A stretch of DNA of 64,000 nt from Actinomycetota bacterium. GTDB lineage: Bacteria > Actinomycetota > UBA4738 > HRBIN12. Under the pieces are notes generated by a model. It worked only from the letters and a program-made list of their open reading frames with translations. It made no database searches and was not told where the DNA came from. The translations under genes were made by a program, and so were the position numbers. Below are positions 17,809 through 25,626 of this stretch, piece after piece; position 1 is the stretch's first letter, and the number at the start of each line of letters is the position of its first letter. The stretch spans positions 55,222 through 119,221 of the forward strand of contig DASQWI010000019.1 of assembly GCA_035640355.1 (NCBI GenBank), read 5' to 3'.

Positions 17809-17851
17809 GGGGGCACGCACAACGTTCGCTTCGCTCACTGCGCTACCCCCC
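17809..17851 (-). repeat. palindromic intergenic repeat, copy B
   Basis: GGGGGCACGCACAACGTTCGCTTCGCTCACTGCGCTACCCCCC. Its reverse complement shares the core CAGTGAGCGAAGCGAACGTTG with copy A. Confidence 0.85.
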
Positions 17852-17900
17852 GTGACCCCTCGCAACGGCGGGCGGACGAGAGGATATACACTCGTGCGCC

Positions 17901-18701
17901 GTGATCCCGGCCGCCGAATTGCGCGTCTACCAGCCGCTCGACGCGTTCGCCGCGGAGGAGATGGCGTACTGGGAGCGATACATCGTGGAGGGCGCGCCGC
18001 GAGCGGTGGCGCCGCGTTACACGGATCTGGCGACGCGCGACGGCCTCGGATTTCTCACTCCATCGAGCCCTGAGCAAGCGCACGTGAAGGTCATCGACGG
18101 CGCGTTCTTCGTCTGCCCCGAGCGAACGCGCCTGCGCGTGCTCGCGGGACTTCTCGCGTTTCACGACGGTACGCCGTTCGAGGGTTCGGAGGCATTCGTT
18201 CCCGACGGCGCAGCGCGCCGCGCGCGGCGCGAGCTGGGCCGCATGCGCCGGCGCAACCCCGGACAGCTCGCGGCGATCATGGAGAGCCCGTGGCACGTGC
18301 CGGTCAGGTGGTTCGTCCTGTTCGACGACGACGAGCGTCGGATCCGAGAGGTGCACGAAGCGCACCGGCTTTCCTACCTGACAACCGTACGGAAAGCGCT
18401 CCGGCGCGCCGAGCGATCCGTTCCGGTGCTTCGCCACAGCGAGCTCGGCCCGATGGCGGAGCTCGTGGTCGAGGTTCATCAATGGCTGACAGCGTTCGAC
18501 ACGACCGCGCTGCTCGAGCTCGACTACGGCGGGCTGTGCGAGTTCATGACGTGGGACGAGATGGACGACGATCACAGCGCGCGGGACGTGAATGACGCGC
18601 TGAAGGCGCTCGGGGCGAGGGAGTTCACGCGCTCCGCGGAGCTGTATCAGGCGGCCGCCGCTCGTTCAGCCGAGCTGCGAAGCCGCGAGAGCGTCAACTG
18701 A
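17901..18701 (+). CDS. conserved hypothetical protein
   Basis: 266-aa ORF from a GTG, with coding-like composition and no competing ORF that looks real. I recognise no motif. Confidence 0.7.
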   Translation: MIPAAELRVYQPLDAFAAEEMAYWERYIVEGAPRAVAPRYTDLATRDGLGFLTPSSPEQAHVKVIDGAFFVCPERTRLRVLAGLLAFHDGTPFEGSEAFVPDGAARRARRELGRMRRRNPGQLAAIMESPWHVPVRWFVLFDDDERRIREVHEAHRLSYLTTVRKALRRAERSVPVLRHSELGPMAELVVEVHQWLTAFDTTALLELDYGGLCEFMTWDEMDDDHSARDVNDALKALGAREFTRSAELYQAAAARSAELRSRESVN

Positions 18702-18722
18702 CACGGAACGATCCGGTGTTCG

Positions 18723-18795
18723 TGGCCAGGGGCAGAATCGAACTGCCGACACCGCGGTTTTCAGCCGCGTGCTCTGCCAACTGAGCTACCTGGCC
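18723..18795 (-). tRNA. tRNA-Phe (GAA)
   Basis: Hand-folded cloverleaf: acceptor GGCCAGG/CCTGGCC, anticodon stem CGCGG/CCGCG with loop CTGAAAA, T arm GGCAG-TTCGATT-CTGCC. CCA is not encoded. Confidence 0.93.
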
Positions 18796-18892
18796 GGCGA
18801 GTGCTATCGGCGGGACCGACGATCGGCTGCTGGAGATCGCCTCTCGTTCGGACGTTGCGCGCGTCGGCCAAGGATACCGCGCCGGACGGCGG

Positions 18893-19273
18893 CTACCCCC
18901 ACCGCTTCGGGTTGTCGCTCTGCAGGTCGACCTGTCCTGCGCGGCTGGCGAACTTGCCGGTTCCACCGCCGTACGCCACGACGCCCCTACCCTTCCACGA
19001 TCCATCCCCCGGGACGAATCCAGTAAGGGACACCGAGTCCCCGTCGTTGAAGGCGAAGTGCGCGGCGAACGGGATCCGCTTCCCCTGGCCCTTGAACTGC
19101 ACGATCGTCACGGTTCCGATCTCCTCGTCCCCGTGGCCAAAGGGGTCCGGTGCCTCCGGCGAATAGATGGGTTCGTCGACGATCACCGTCGACCCCGGGA
19201 GCGCACCGATGAGCTCTTCGCCCGGCCGGTCGCTCACGACCGGGAAGTCGTAGCCGGCACCCTCTGTTCCCAT
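18893..19273 (-). CDS. hypothetical protein
   Basis: 126-aa ORF divergent from the cyclase gene. Gly/Asp-rich and probably all-beta. I recognise no family. Confidence 0.6.
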   Translation of the reverse strand: MGTEGAGYDFPVVSDRPGEELIGALPGSTVIVDEPIYSPEAPDPFGHGDEEIGTVTIVQFKGQGKRIPFAAHFAFNDGDSVSLTGFVPGDGSWKGRGVVAYGGGTGKFASRAGQVDLQSDNPKRWG

Positions 19274-19364
19274 CGTTCCCTCCCTCGCCCGCGTACCGTC
19301 GGCACACTAGGCGCGCTCGTCCTTTCGGGGCAAACCGCTCGAAACGGTGGCCTACACTCCTGCG

Positions 19365-22300
19365 ATGGTTGTCTGCGCGACGTGTGGCCGGGCCAATCCC
19401 GCCGATGCGAGCTTCTGCATGTCGTGCGCGTCACCTCTCGCCGGGACCGGGCCCGCGCCGGAGGCCGATCGCAAGACCGTAACCGTCGTGTTCTGCGACG
19501 TGGTCGGCTCCACGGCGCTGGGAGAAGAGCTCGATCCCGAATCGACCAGGCAGCTGATCGCGCGCTTCTTCCGTCGCATGCGCAACGAGCTCGAACGCCA
19601 CGGCGGCCAGGTCGAGAAGTTCATCGGCGACGCCGTGATGGCGGTGTTCGGCGTTCCTCGCCTGCACGAGGACGACGCGCTCCGCGCGGTGCGAGCGGCC
19701 GACGCGATGGTCAGGGCGCTCGGCGAGCTGAACGTCGAGCTCCGAGAGCGATTCGGCACGGAGATCCAGGCGAGGATCGGCGTCAATACCGGCGAGGTCG
19801 TGGTCGGAGATCCCGGGGCGGGGCACTCGCTCGTCGTGGGGGATGCCGTCAACGTCGCGGCGCGTCTGGAGCGGGCGGCGGAGCCGGGCCAGATCCTCCT
19901 CGGACCCACGACGTACGCCCTCGTTCGCGACCACGTCGTCGCCACGCCGACCGACCCCATGGAGCTGAGGGGACGGCGATCCCCGGTCGTCGCGTATCGA
20001 CTGGGATCGGTCGAGCCCGGCGCCGATGCGATCGGTGCTCGACCCGATCCGCCGCTCGTCGGCCGTGAGCGCGAGCTCACCGCCCTTCGCTCGGCGTTCG
20101 AACGCGCCATCTCCACTCGGGAGTGCGTCCTCGTCACCGTCGTCGGACCGGCCGGCGTGGGCAAGTCACGCTTGGCTCGGGAATTCGCGACGTCGTTCGA
20201 GGGCGACGCGGTCGTGCTGCGCGCACGCTGTCTGCCGTACGGCGAGGGCATCACGTTCTGGCCCGTGGCGGAGCTGGTTAAACGCGCCTGCGGTATCACG
20301 GACGACGAACGACGCGACGTCGCGCAGGCGAAGCTGTCGGCCGCCCTCGACGGCGCCGAAGACGCCGAGATCATCGTGCGCGGCCTGGCCGAAGTGACGG
20401 GGATCGGAACGGTGGACGCGGGACCGCAGGAGACGTTCTGGGCGATCCGCCGGTTCCTCGCCTGGCTGGCGCGCGACCGTCCCGTCGTCGCGATCGTCGA
20501 CGACGTTCAGTGGGCCGAGCAGACGTTCCTCGATCTCGTCGAGTACGTCTCCGGGTGGACGCGCGACGCGCCGGTGCTCTTGGTCTGTCTGGCTCGACCC
20601 GACCTACTCGAATCGCGGCCGTCGTGGGGCGGCGTTTCGCGAGCGCAGACGCTGATGCTCGAGCCGCTCGGCGACGAGGACACGGTTCGGTTCGTGGAGG
20701 GGCTTCTTGGTCCGGGAGCGGCCGAGCTCGAGGGCAGCGCTCTCGCTCGCATCTCCGACGCCGCGGGCGGCAACCCGTTGTTCCTCGAGGAGATGCTGCG
20801 GATGCTCGAGGACGACGGTGTCCTGCGTCGCGAGGGAACTCGTTGGGTCGTCGAGGGTGATCTCGCCACGGTCCGCGTCCCCGACACGATCCACGCGCTC
20901 CTCAGTGCACGGTTGGACCGGCTTTCCGATGAAGAACGGGTGGTGATCCGATGTGCGTCGGTGATCGGCAAGGTGTTCTGGTGGGGCGCCGTTGCGGATA
21001 TCGCGCCCGACCACGTCCGACCGCGCATCGGAGGACACCTGCAATCCCTCGTTCGCAAGGATCTGGTGCGCCCGGACCGCTCGAACTTCGGCGGGGAGGA
21101 CGCGTTCCGTTTCCATCACATCCTGATCCAGGAAACGGCCTATCGAGCGACGCCGAAAGAGCAGCGTGCCGAGCTCCACGAGCGGTTCGCGACGTGGGTC
21201 GCGCGCGTGACGCGGGACCGAGCGAACGAGCTCGACGAGGTCATCGGATACCACCTCGAGCAGTCCGTGCGGTACCGAGCGGAGCTGGGTGCACCGCGGC
21301 AGACTGTCGAGGAACTCGCCGTTCGTGCCGCTCGGCCGCTTACGGCTGCCGGCCTGCGGGCGATGGACCGCCGCGATGTTTCCGCCGCCGCCGAGCTGCT
21401 TCGGCGCGGCGCGGACCTGTTCCCTCGAGACCATTCAGAGCGACGCCCTGTGTTGCTCGCGCTCGGCGAGGCGCTGTCCGAGCTCGGAGACCTTTCTGCC
21501 GCCGAGGCCGTCATGAACCAGGCCGAAGAGCTCGGGCTGGCGGCTGGCGATGAGAAAACGGCGGCCAACGCCGCGATCCAACGCTTGCTGTTGTTGGAGT
21601 CCACCGATCCCAAGTTGTTAGCCGGTGAGCTCTCGGAGGCAGAGCGCCTGATCTCGATCCTCGAGAGCTTGGGCGACGACCTCGGCGTAGCTCGGGCGTG
21701 GCTGTTGGTGGCGGACCTCAACTGGGCGCACGCGCGCTACGCCGCCGTCGACGACGCGCTGTCTCGGGCCATCGAGCACGCTCGAAAGGCGGGAGCACGT
21801 CGTGAGGAGGCCGACGCGCTCGGCCGTTACACGGGCTCGGGCGCGTACGGACCGGCGCCGGGCGACGAGATCGAGCGCAGGTGCAACGAGGTCCTCGAGA
21901 GGTGGAGCGGCACGGGCTACGAGGCTCCCGCTCACCGCGCGCTCGCCGTCGCGCGCGCGATGCGCGGACGCTTCGACGAAGCCCGTGAGCTCGCACGTCG
22001 CGCCCGGACGCTCCACGACGAGCTCGGACTGCAGCTGCGCGCGATGTTCGTCTCCGAGACGCTCGGTTCGATCGAGCTCCTCGCGGGCGATCCGGTCGCC
22101 GCCGAGCGCGAGCTGCGCTCCGGCCTCGATCAGGCGGCCGAGATGGGAGAGCAAGGATTCGCGTCGACGGTCGCCGCGCTGCTCGCGCACGCCCTCGTCG
22201 ACCAGCGACGCTTCGACGAAGCCGAAGACGCCGCGTCATTGAGCGAGAAGACCGGCGCAGAGGACGACGTGTCGACGCAGGTGATGTGGCGGAGCGCCCT

Positions 22301-22556
22301 CGCTCGAGTGTTGTCGGCTCGCGGACGACCGGACGAGGCCAGGGCGCTCGCGGAGACGGCGGTACGGCTGGCGGAACAGACGGACGACCTGAACATGCGG
22401 GCCGACACGCTCATCGCCCTCGGCGAGGTTCACGGGGCGGCGAACGAGTCGCAGGACGCTGCGTCCGCGTTTGCCAAGGCTCTCGAACGCTACGAGGCCA
22501 AGGGGAACGAGGTGGCGGCCGACTCGACGAGACGCAGGCTCGCGGCGCTCGGCTAG
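19365..22556 (+). CDS. zinc-ribbon / class III adenylate-guanylate cyclase / STAND (AAA) ATPase / TPR protein
   Basis: N-terminal CxxC..CxxC, then a cyclase core (VVFCDVVGST, KFIGDAVMAVFG, GDAVNVAARLE), a Walker A (VVGPAGVGKSRL) and a long helical-repeat C-terminus. The ATG at 19365 matches the paralog's start; the ORF is open from a GTG at 19347. Confidence 0.9.
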   Translation: MVVCATCGRANPADASFCMSCASPLAGTGPAPEADRKTVTVVFCDVVGSTALGEELDPESTRQLIARFFRRMRNELERHGGQVEKFIGDAVMAVFGVPRLHEDDALRAVRAADAMVRALGELNVELRERFGTEIQARIGVNTGEVVVGDPGAGHSLVVGDAVNVAARLERAAEPGQILLGPTTYALVRDHVVATPTDPMELRGRRSPVVAYRLGSVEPGADAIGARPDPPLVGRERELTALRSAFERAISTRECVLVTVVGPAGVGKSRLAREFATSFEGDAVVLRARCLPYGEGITFWPVAELVKRACGITDDERRDVAQAKLSAALDGAEDAEIIVRGLAEVTGIGTVDAGPQETFWAIRRFLAWLARDRPVVAIVDDVQWAEQTFLDLVEYVSGWTRDAPVLLVCLARPDLLESRPSWGGVSRAQTLMLEPLGDEDTVRFVEGLLGPGAAELEGSALARISDAAGGNPLFLEEMLRMLEDDGVLRREGTRWVVEGDLATVRVPDTIHALLSARLDRLSDEERVVIRCASVIGKVFWWGAVADIAPDHVRPRIGGHLQSLVRKDLVRPDRSNFGGEDAFRFHHILIQETAYRATPKEQRAELHERFATWVARVTRDRANELDEVIGYHLEQSVRYRAELGAPRQTVEELAVRAARPLTAAGLRAMDRRDVSAAAELLRRGADLFPRDHSERRPVLLALGEALSELGDLSAAEAVMNQAEELGLAAGDEKTAANAAIQRLLLLESTDPKLLAGELSEAERLISILESLGDDLGVARAWLLVADLNWAHARYAAVDDALSRAIEHARKAGARREEADALGRYTGSGAYGPAPGDEIERRCNEVLERWSGTGYEAPAHRALAVARAMRGRFDEARELARRARTLHDELGLQLRAMFVSETLGSIELLAGDPVAAERELRSGLDQAAEMGEQGFASTVAALLAHALVDQRRFDEAEDAASLSEKTGAEDDVSTQVMWRSALARVLSARGRPDEARALAETAVRLAEQTDDLNMRADTLIALGEVHGAANESQDAASAFAKALERYEAKGNEVAADSTRRRLAALG

Positions 22557-22578
22557 AGCGATCGCGGTTCGTTCGTAG

Positions 22579-22654
22579 CGCGCCCGACGGGCTTCGATCC
22601 CGCGATCTCCGCCTTGACAGGGCGGTGAGGACGGCCAGGCTCCTCTACGGGCGC
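22579..22654 (-). tRNA. tRNA-Asp (GTC), atypical T loop
   Basis: Acceptor GCGCCCG/CGGGCGC, anticodon stem CCGCC/GGCGG with loop CTGTCAA, T arm GCGGG-ATCGAAG-CCCGT (A where T54 is expected). Confidence 0.8.
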
Positions 22655-22672
22655 GTGTTCTATTCAGTTGTG

Positions 22673-22746
22673 TGCCCCCAACGGGATTCGAACCCGTGTC
22701 GCCGCCTTGAAAGGGCGAAATCCTAGGCCGCTAGACGATGGGGGCC
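22673..22746 (-). tRNA. tRNA-Glu (TTC)
   Basis: GGCCCCCATCGTCTAGCGG..., anticodon loop CTTTCAA, T arm ACGGG-TTCGAAT-CCCGT, acceptor GGCCCCC/GGGGGCA. Confidence 0.93.
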
Positions 22747-22875
22747 TGGGTCGGACCGTGCTCGCCCCCACCCCCGGCCCGAGGGCAGCGCCCGAAGTAT
22801 AGCGACGGCGTTGCGCTCGAACCGGGGGAGAGGTCGGCGTCTGGCTTCAGATCATGAGAACTGCTGCCGATGCCT

Positions 22876-23373
22876 CTATCGATGCGGTCTCTGCTGGAGT
22901 TCCTGGGGTTCGTCGAACCCGACTCCACCCGCCGCGAACCAGTCGCTCTCCCGGCTTGGGCCACGCATCTCGTTCCGATCGTTGTCGTCGCCTTGACGGT
23001 TGTCTCGATGGTGGTGTTCGCGCTCGTTCGCGCGATCGCCAGCTGACCGGCCGATCCGAAGCACATCCCCCACCCGTAGGTCGACGTCCTCGTTGCACTC
23101 GAGAACGTGGCTCGCTCGTCTCATCGGAGGGACGAACCGCCCCGGGCGAACTCTGCGAACGTCGACGACCGTGAAGGCATCGTCGAGGCGCGCCACCAGG
23201 ATCGGAAACCGCACGCCGAACGTATGAACCGAGGTCGCGTTCGGGAACAGGAGGGCCGCCTCGGGCGAGAGGTCGGTTGCGTTCCGCAGTCCCGTTCGCC
23301 GGTCGGGGCCTGCCTCCGCCACACGGCACAGAAGGGCGTCACCTCGGGGCGTTACCGCCGCCACCACATACAT
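22876..23373 (-). CDS. DUF192 domain protein
   Basis: The first ~112 aa (..RRTGLRN......ALLFP......HTFGVRFPI.V..LD......V..V.P.......RRASHVLE......L.VGD.L) fit the DUF192 pattern. The last ~53 aa are a charged low-complexity tail. Confidence 0.7.
   Translation of the reverse strand: MYVVAAVTPRGDALLCRVAEAGPDRRTGLRNATDLSPEAALLFPNATSVHTFGVRFPILVARLDDAFTVVDVRRVRPGRFVPPMRRASHVLECNEDVDLRVGDVLRIGRSAGDRANEREHHHRDNRQGDDNDRNEMRGPSRESDWFAAGGVGFDEPQELQQRPHR
22882..23046 (+). CDS. possible small membrane protein (54 aa), exactly antisense to the DUF192 tail
   Basis: MRSLLEFLGFVEPDSTRREPVALPAWATHLVPIVVVALTVVSMVVFALVRAIAS has one clear TM helix. By hand count about 80% G/C at third positions, against about 70% for the opposite frame. 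Confidence 0.3.
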   Translation: MRSLLEFLGFVEPDSTRREPVALPAWATHLVPIVVVALTVVSMVVFALVRAIAS

Positions 23374-23503
23374 CGGCGGACGCTAGCGCGCAGCGCCGAC
23401 GAAGCTCGGTGCTAGGTCATCCGGCCTACGAAACGTCCGATCGGACCATTGACCGGGCGCTCGCCCCTGCCGATGCTTCTCCGAGAAGACAAAGGAGGCT
23501 CGT

Positions 23504-23938
23504 GTGAGGCGAGGTGTTGTCGCATTCGTGGTCATGGCGGTTCTTGGTGTGTCGGGCATTGCCACAGCTGGTTTCCTCGCCGCCCGGTCGCCTGCCGGAG
23601 GGCCTCTTGGGCAAGACAATAACGCTGAGGCTAACGAGCAGGACGCCGGAGTTCACGGTGGGCCGATCGATCGATTCCACAACGCGGGGTCGTGCGATCT
23701 CACGGCCGTGTCCTCGCTCCCCGGTAACTGGACGCACGGCGATTACGTGAGCGCCGTCGCCGCCGATGGCGCCGCCATTCAGATCCGCGAGGCCGCACAC
23801 AGCGACTGCGGCAAGCCGATGGTGGCTGTCGGACACGGCGGTGGACCGCCGGCGCACGCGCTCGAGAACATGGCGGCCGGACAGGCGCACGCCGGCGGCA
23901 AGACCGAGGACGACGGTTCGGCGGCGCTCGGCAGCTAG
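23504..23938 (+). CDS. secreted hypothetical protein
   Basis: GTG at 23504 follows AAAGGAGG (23491-23498). The N-terminus RRGVVAFVVMAVLGVSGIATAGFLAA looks like a signal peptide. Function unknown. Confidence 0.6.
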   Translation: MRRGVVAFVVMAVLGVSGIATAGFLAARSPAGGPLGQDNNAEANEQDAGVHGGPIDRFHNAGSCDLTAVSSLPGNWTHGDYVSAVAADGAAIQIREAAHSDCGKPMVAVGHGGGPPAHALENMAAGQAHAGGKTEDDGSAALGS

Positions 23939-24044
23939 AAGGGTGCTCCCACCTCGACGTTAAACGTTAGAAGTAGCGGGCCGTCGCTGTCTGTCTCGAG
24001 CGGCCCATTGTTCGGTGCTCACTCACTCCGATGCTGAACAGATC

Positions 24045-24073
24045 GGAAGGGTGGGCGCGGTGCCCACCCTTCC
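24045..24073. terminator. GC-rich hairpin between convergent genes
   Basis: GGAAGGGTGGGC-gcggt-GCCCACCCTTCC, a perfect 12-bp stem between the stops at 23938 (+) and 24132 (-). No clear U tract. Confidence 0.4.
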
Positions 24074-24131
24074 GCTCAACGGTGAATCTGCGGTTTAGGA
24101 GATCCGGACCAAGTAGTCGGATCCCGGCGAA

Positions 24132-25433
24132 TCACTGATCGTCGCCGTTGCCTCCATCGCCCTCGTCGGAGTCTGAGTCGGAGTCCGAGTCATCGTCCGA
24201 GTCGTCGTCGGAGTCTTGGCCCTGGTCGCCCTGATCATCGGCGTCCTCGACCTGGTCATCGGCATCGTCGCCCTGGTCGTCTCCGTCCTCGCCCTGGTCG
24301 TCTCCGTCCTCGCCCTGGTCGTCACCGTCCTCGCCCTGGTCCTCACCGTCTTCGCCCTGGTCGTCACCATCTTCGCCCAGATCATCGGCGTCCTCGCCTT
24401 GATCATCGGCGTCCTCACCTTGCTCGTCGGCGTCGGCGTCATCGCTGTCGGCCGCCTCGGCCTCGTCGACGTCTTCGCTTTCTTCGACGTCGCCCGCCGG
24501 ATCGTCGGTCGACACCAGGGTCGCCTGGTCATCGTCGCCCGTTTCGTCCCCGGTGAGCGCAGCCGCCATTGCCACACCTCCGAGGGACAAAGCCAGTCCG
24601 GCGGCCACTGCGATCACCCGCCTGAGCATTCGTCCTCGCATCGATCTCCTCCTCCGTACCTGGAGTCGCTCACTGGCGACTTGCGGACGGCTCGCCGGCG
24701 CCGGGGTGGCTCCCTGCTCGGCGAGGAGCTGAGCCTCGGCCATCATCGCCACGACGTGCTCCTCGGCGAGTTCCTTAGGCATCGCGGCGGGGGGGAACGC
24801 CGTCCGAAGGTCCAGAGCGAAGCGCTCGTCGGGGTCCAGATGGCTGCTCATCTCATTGGTGGAAACGCAAGCAGGGGCTGAAAAGGTCACGGCTCCGCGA
24901 TAGATCTGTCGGCGGACGTGCTCGAGTCCACGAGCCTGCAGCGCCTTCACCGCGCCGGGCGACCTCCCCATCACGGTTGCCACCTGATCGATGGTGAGGT
25001 CGGTCACGAGTCGGAGCACGAGCACGTCCCGCTGGTCAGGCGTGAGCCCGTCGAGCACAACGCGAACCCGCTCCTCGTCGAGCGAGCGCATGGCGTCGTC
25101 CTCGGCGTCGCCGATGGGCGCCTGCGCGATGAGGTCCTCGGAGGGGACAGGGTGGACCGGATGGCGACGCACCGAACGACCGATGTCGATCGCGCGTCGA
25201 CGCGAGATCGCGAAGACCCACGCTCGGAACTGTTCCTCGTTGCCTTCGAACGCGGGTAGCCCACGCACAACCCTGACGAGCGTGTCGCCGACCAGGTCGT
25301 CGGGGTCGGCGGAACCTCGCGCGCGGTGGTACCGAAGGAGCGCCGGCGCGAGATCCTCATAAACCTGCCGCCACGCCCACTCGGCGCCCACTCGGCAGGC
25401 CGCGAGCACGGACCCCCAACTCGGACCGAGCAT
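24132..25433 (-). CDS. ECF (sigma-70 family) sigma factor fused in frame to a TM helix and a highly acidic repeat tail
   Basis: Sigma region 2 (DDLVGDTLVRVV..FRAWVFAISRRRAID) and region 4 (LTPDQRDVLVLR...LTIDQVATVMGRSPGAVKALQARG) come first. They are followed by ~90 aa, a TM segment VIAVAAGLALSLGGVAMAAAL, and ~140 aa of D/E-rich sequence with nine GEDGDDQ-type heptads. There is no in-frame stop. Confidence 0.85.
   Translation of the reverse strand: MLGPSWGSVLAACRVGAEWAWRQVYEDLAPALLRYHRARGSADPDDLVGDTLVRVVRGLPAFEGNEEQFRAWVFAISRRRAIDIGRSVRRHPVHPVPSEDLIAQAPIGDAEDDAMRSLDEERVRVVLDGLTPDQRDVLVLRLVTDLTIDQVATVMGRSPGAVKALQARGLEHVRRQIYRGAVTFSAPACVSTNEMSSHLDPDERFALDLRTAFPPAAMPKELAEEHVVAMMAEAQLLAEQGATPAPASRPQVASERLQVRRRRSMRGRMLRRVIAVAAGLALSLGGVAMAAALTGDETGDDDQATLVSTDDPAGDVEESEDVDEAEAADSDDADADEQGEDADDQGEDADDLGEDGDDQGEDGEDQGEDGDDQGEDGDDQGEDGDDQGDDADDQVEDADDQGDQGQDSDDDSDDDSDSDSDSDEGDGGNGDDQ
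24231..24440 (-). repeat. tandem 21-nt repeat (about 10 units) inside the ECF-fusion ORF
   Basis: Units such as CTGGTCGTCTCCGTCCTCGCC occupy 24252-72, 24273-93, 24294-314, 24315-35, 24336-56 and 24357-77, with degenerate flanking units. On the minus strand they encode GEDGDDQ heptads. Confidence 0.9.
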
Positions 25434-25538
25434 CCAAGCAGTTATCGGCGGGAGCCCCGGTCGGCTTCATTCCAGGAAGGTCAGACCTACCTGCCGGTAT
25501 CAGGAAGCCGTCCTGCCGAGCCAGATGAATGAGACGCG

Positions 25539-25613
25539 TGGGGCGGGCAGGATTCGAACCCGCGACACGAGGGTTAAAAGCCCCCTGCTCTGACCAGACT
25601 GAGCTACCGCCCC
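25539..25613 (-). tRNA. tRNA-Lys (TTT)
   Basis: GGGGCGGTAGCTCAGTCTGGTCAGAGC..., anticodon loop CTTTTAA, T arm GCGGG-TTCGAAT-CCTGC, acceptor GGGGCGG/CCGCCCC. Confidence 0.93.
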
Positions 25614-25626
25614 GTGCTTGACGAGT

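Noticed and set aside
18796-22578. A genomic island integrated at tRNA-Phe or tRNA-Asp.
   Set aside because: I found no integrase, recombinase or transposase ORF and no duplicated tRNA 3' end. It is kept only as an interrupted tRNA cluster observation.
22796-22801. A TATACT -10-like hexamer (minus strand) about 50 nt upstream of tRNA-Glu.
   Set aside because: No acceptable -35 lies at 16-18 bp spacing, and a single hexamer is not sufficient evidence.
24231-24440. The regular 21-nt periodicity looked superficially like a CRISPR array.
   Set aside because: The units are contiguous with no spacers. They lie inside a long ORF in frame, encode a GEDGDDQ heptad, and no cas genes are present.
24840-24870. 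The ECF fusion could be an ordinary sigma / anti-sigma pair merged by a frameshift, because an out-of-frame TGAgATG is present at the junction.
   Set aside because: Sigma regions 2 and 4 and the downstream TM/acidic part are all in one frame with no stop, so no shift is needed. It remains flagged for read-level verification.
25463-25509. An imperfect hairpin (GGCTTC..CCAGGAAGGT-cag-ACCTACCTG..GAAGCC) between tRNA-Lys and the ECF-fusion gene, and a GGAAT-n17-CG ECF-like promoter nearby.
   Set aside because: The stem has several mismatches and no U tract. The promoter match is too loose to support either a terminator or an autoregulated ECF promoter.
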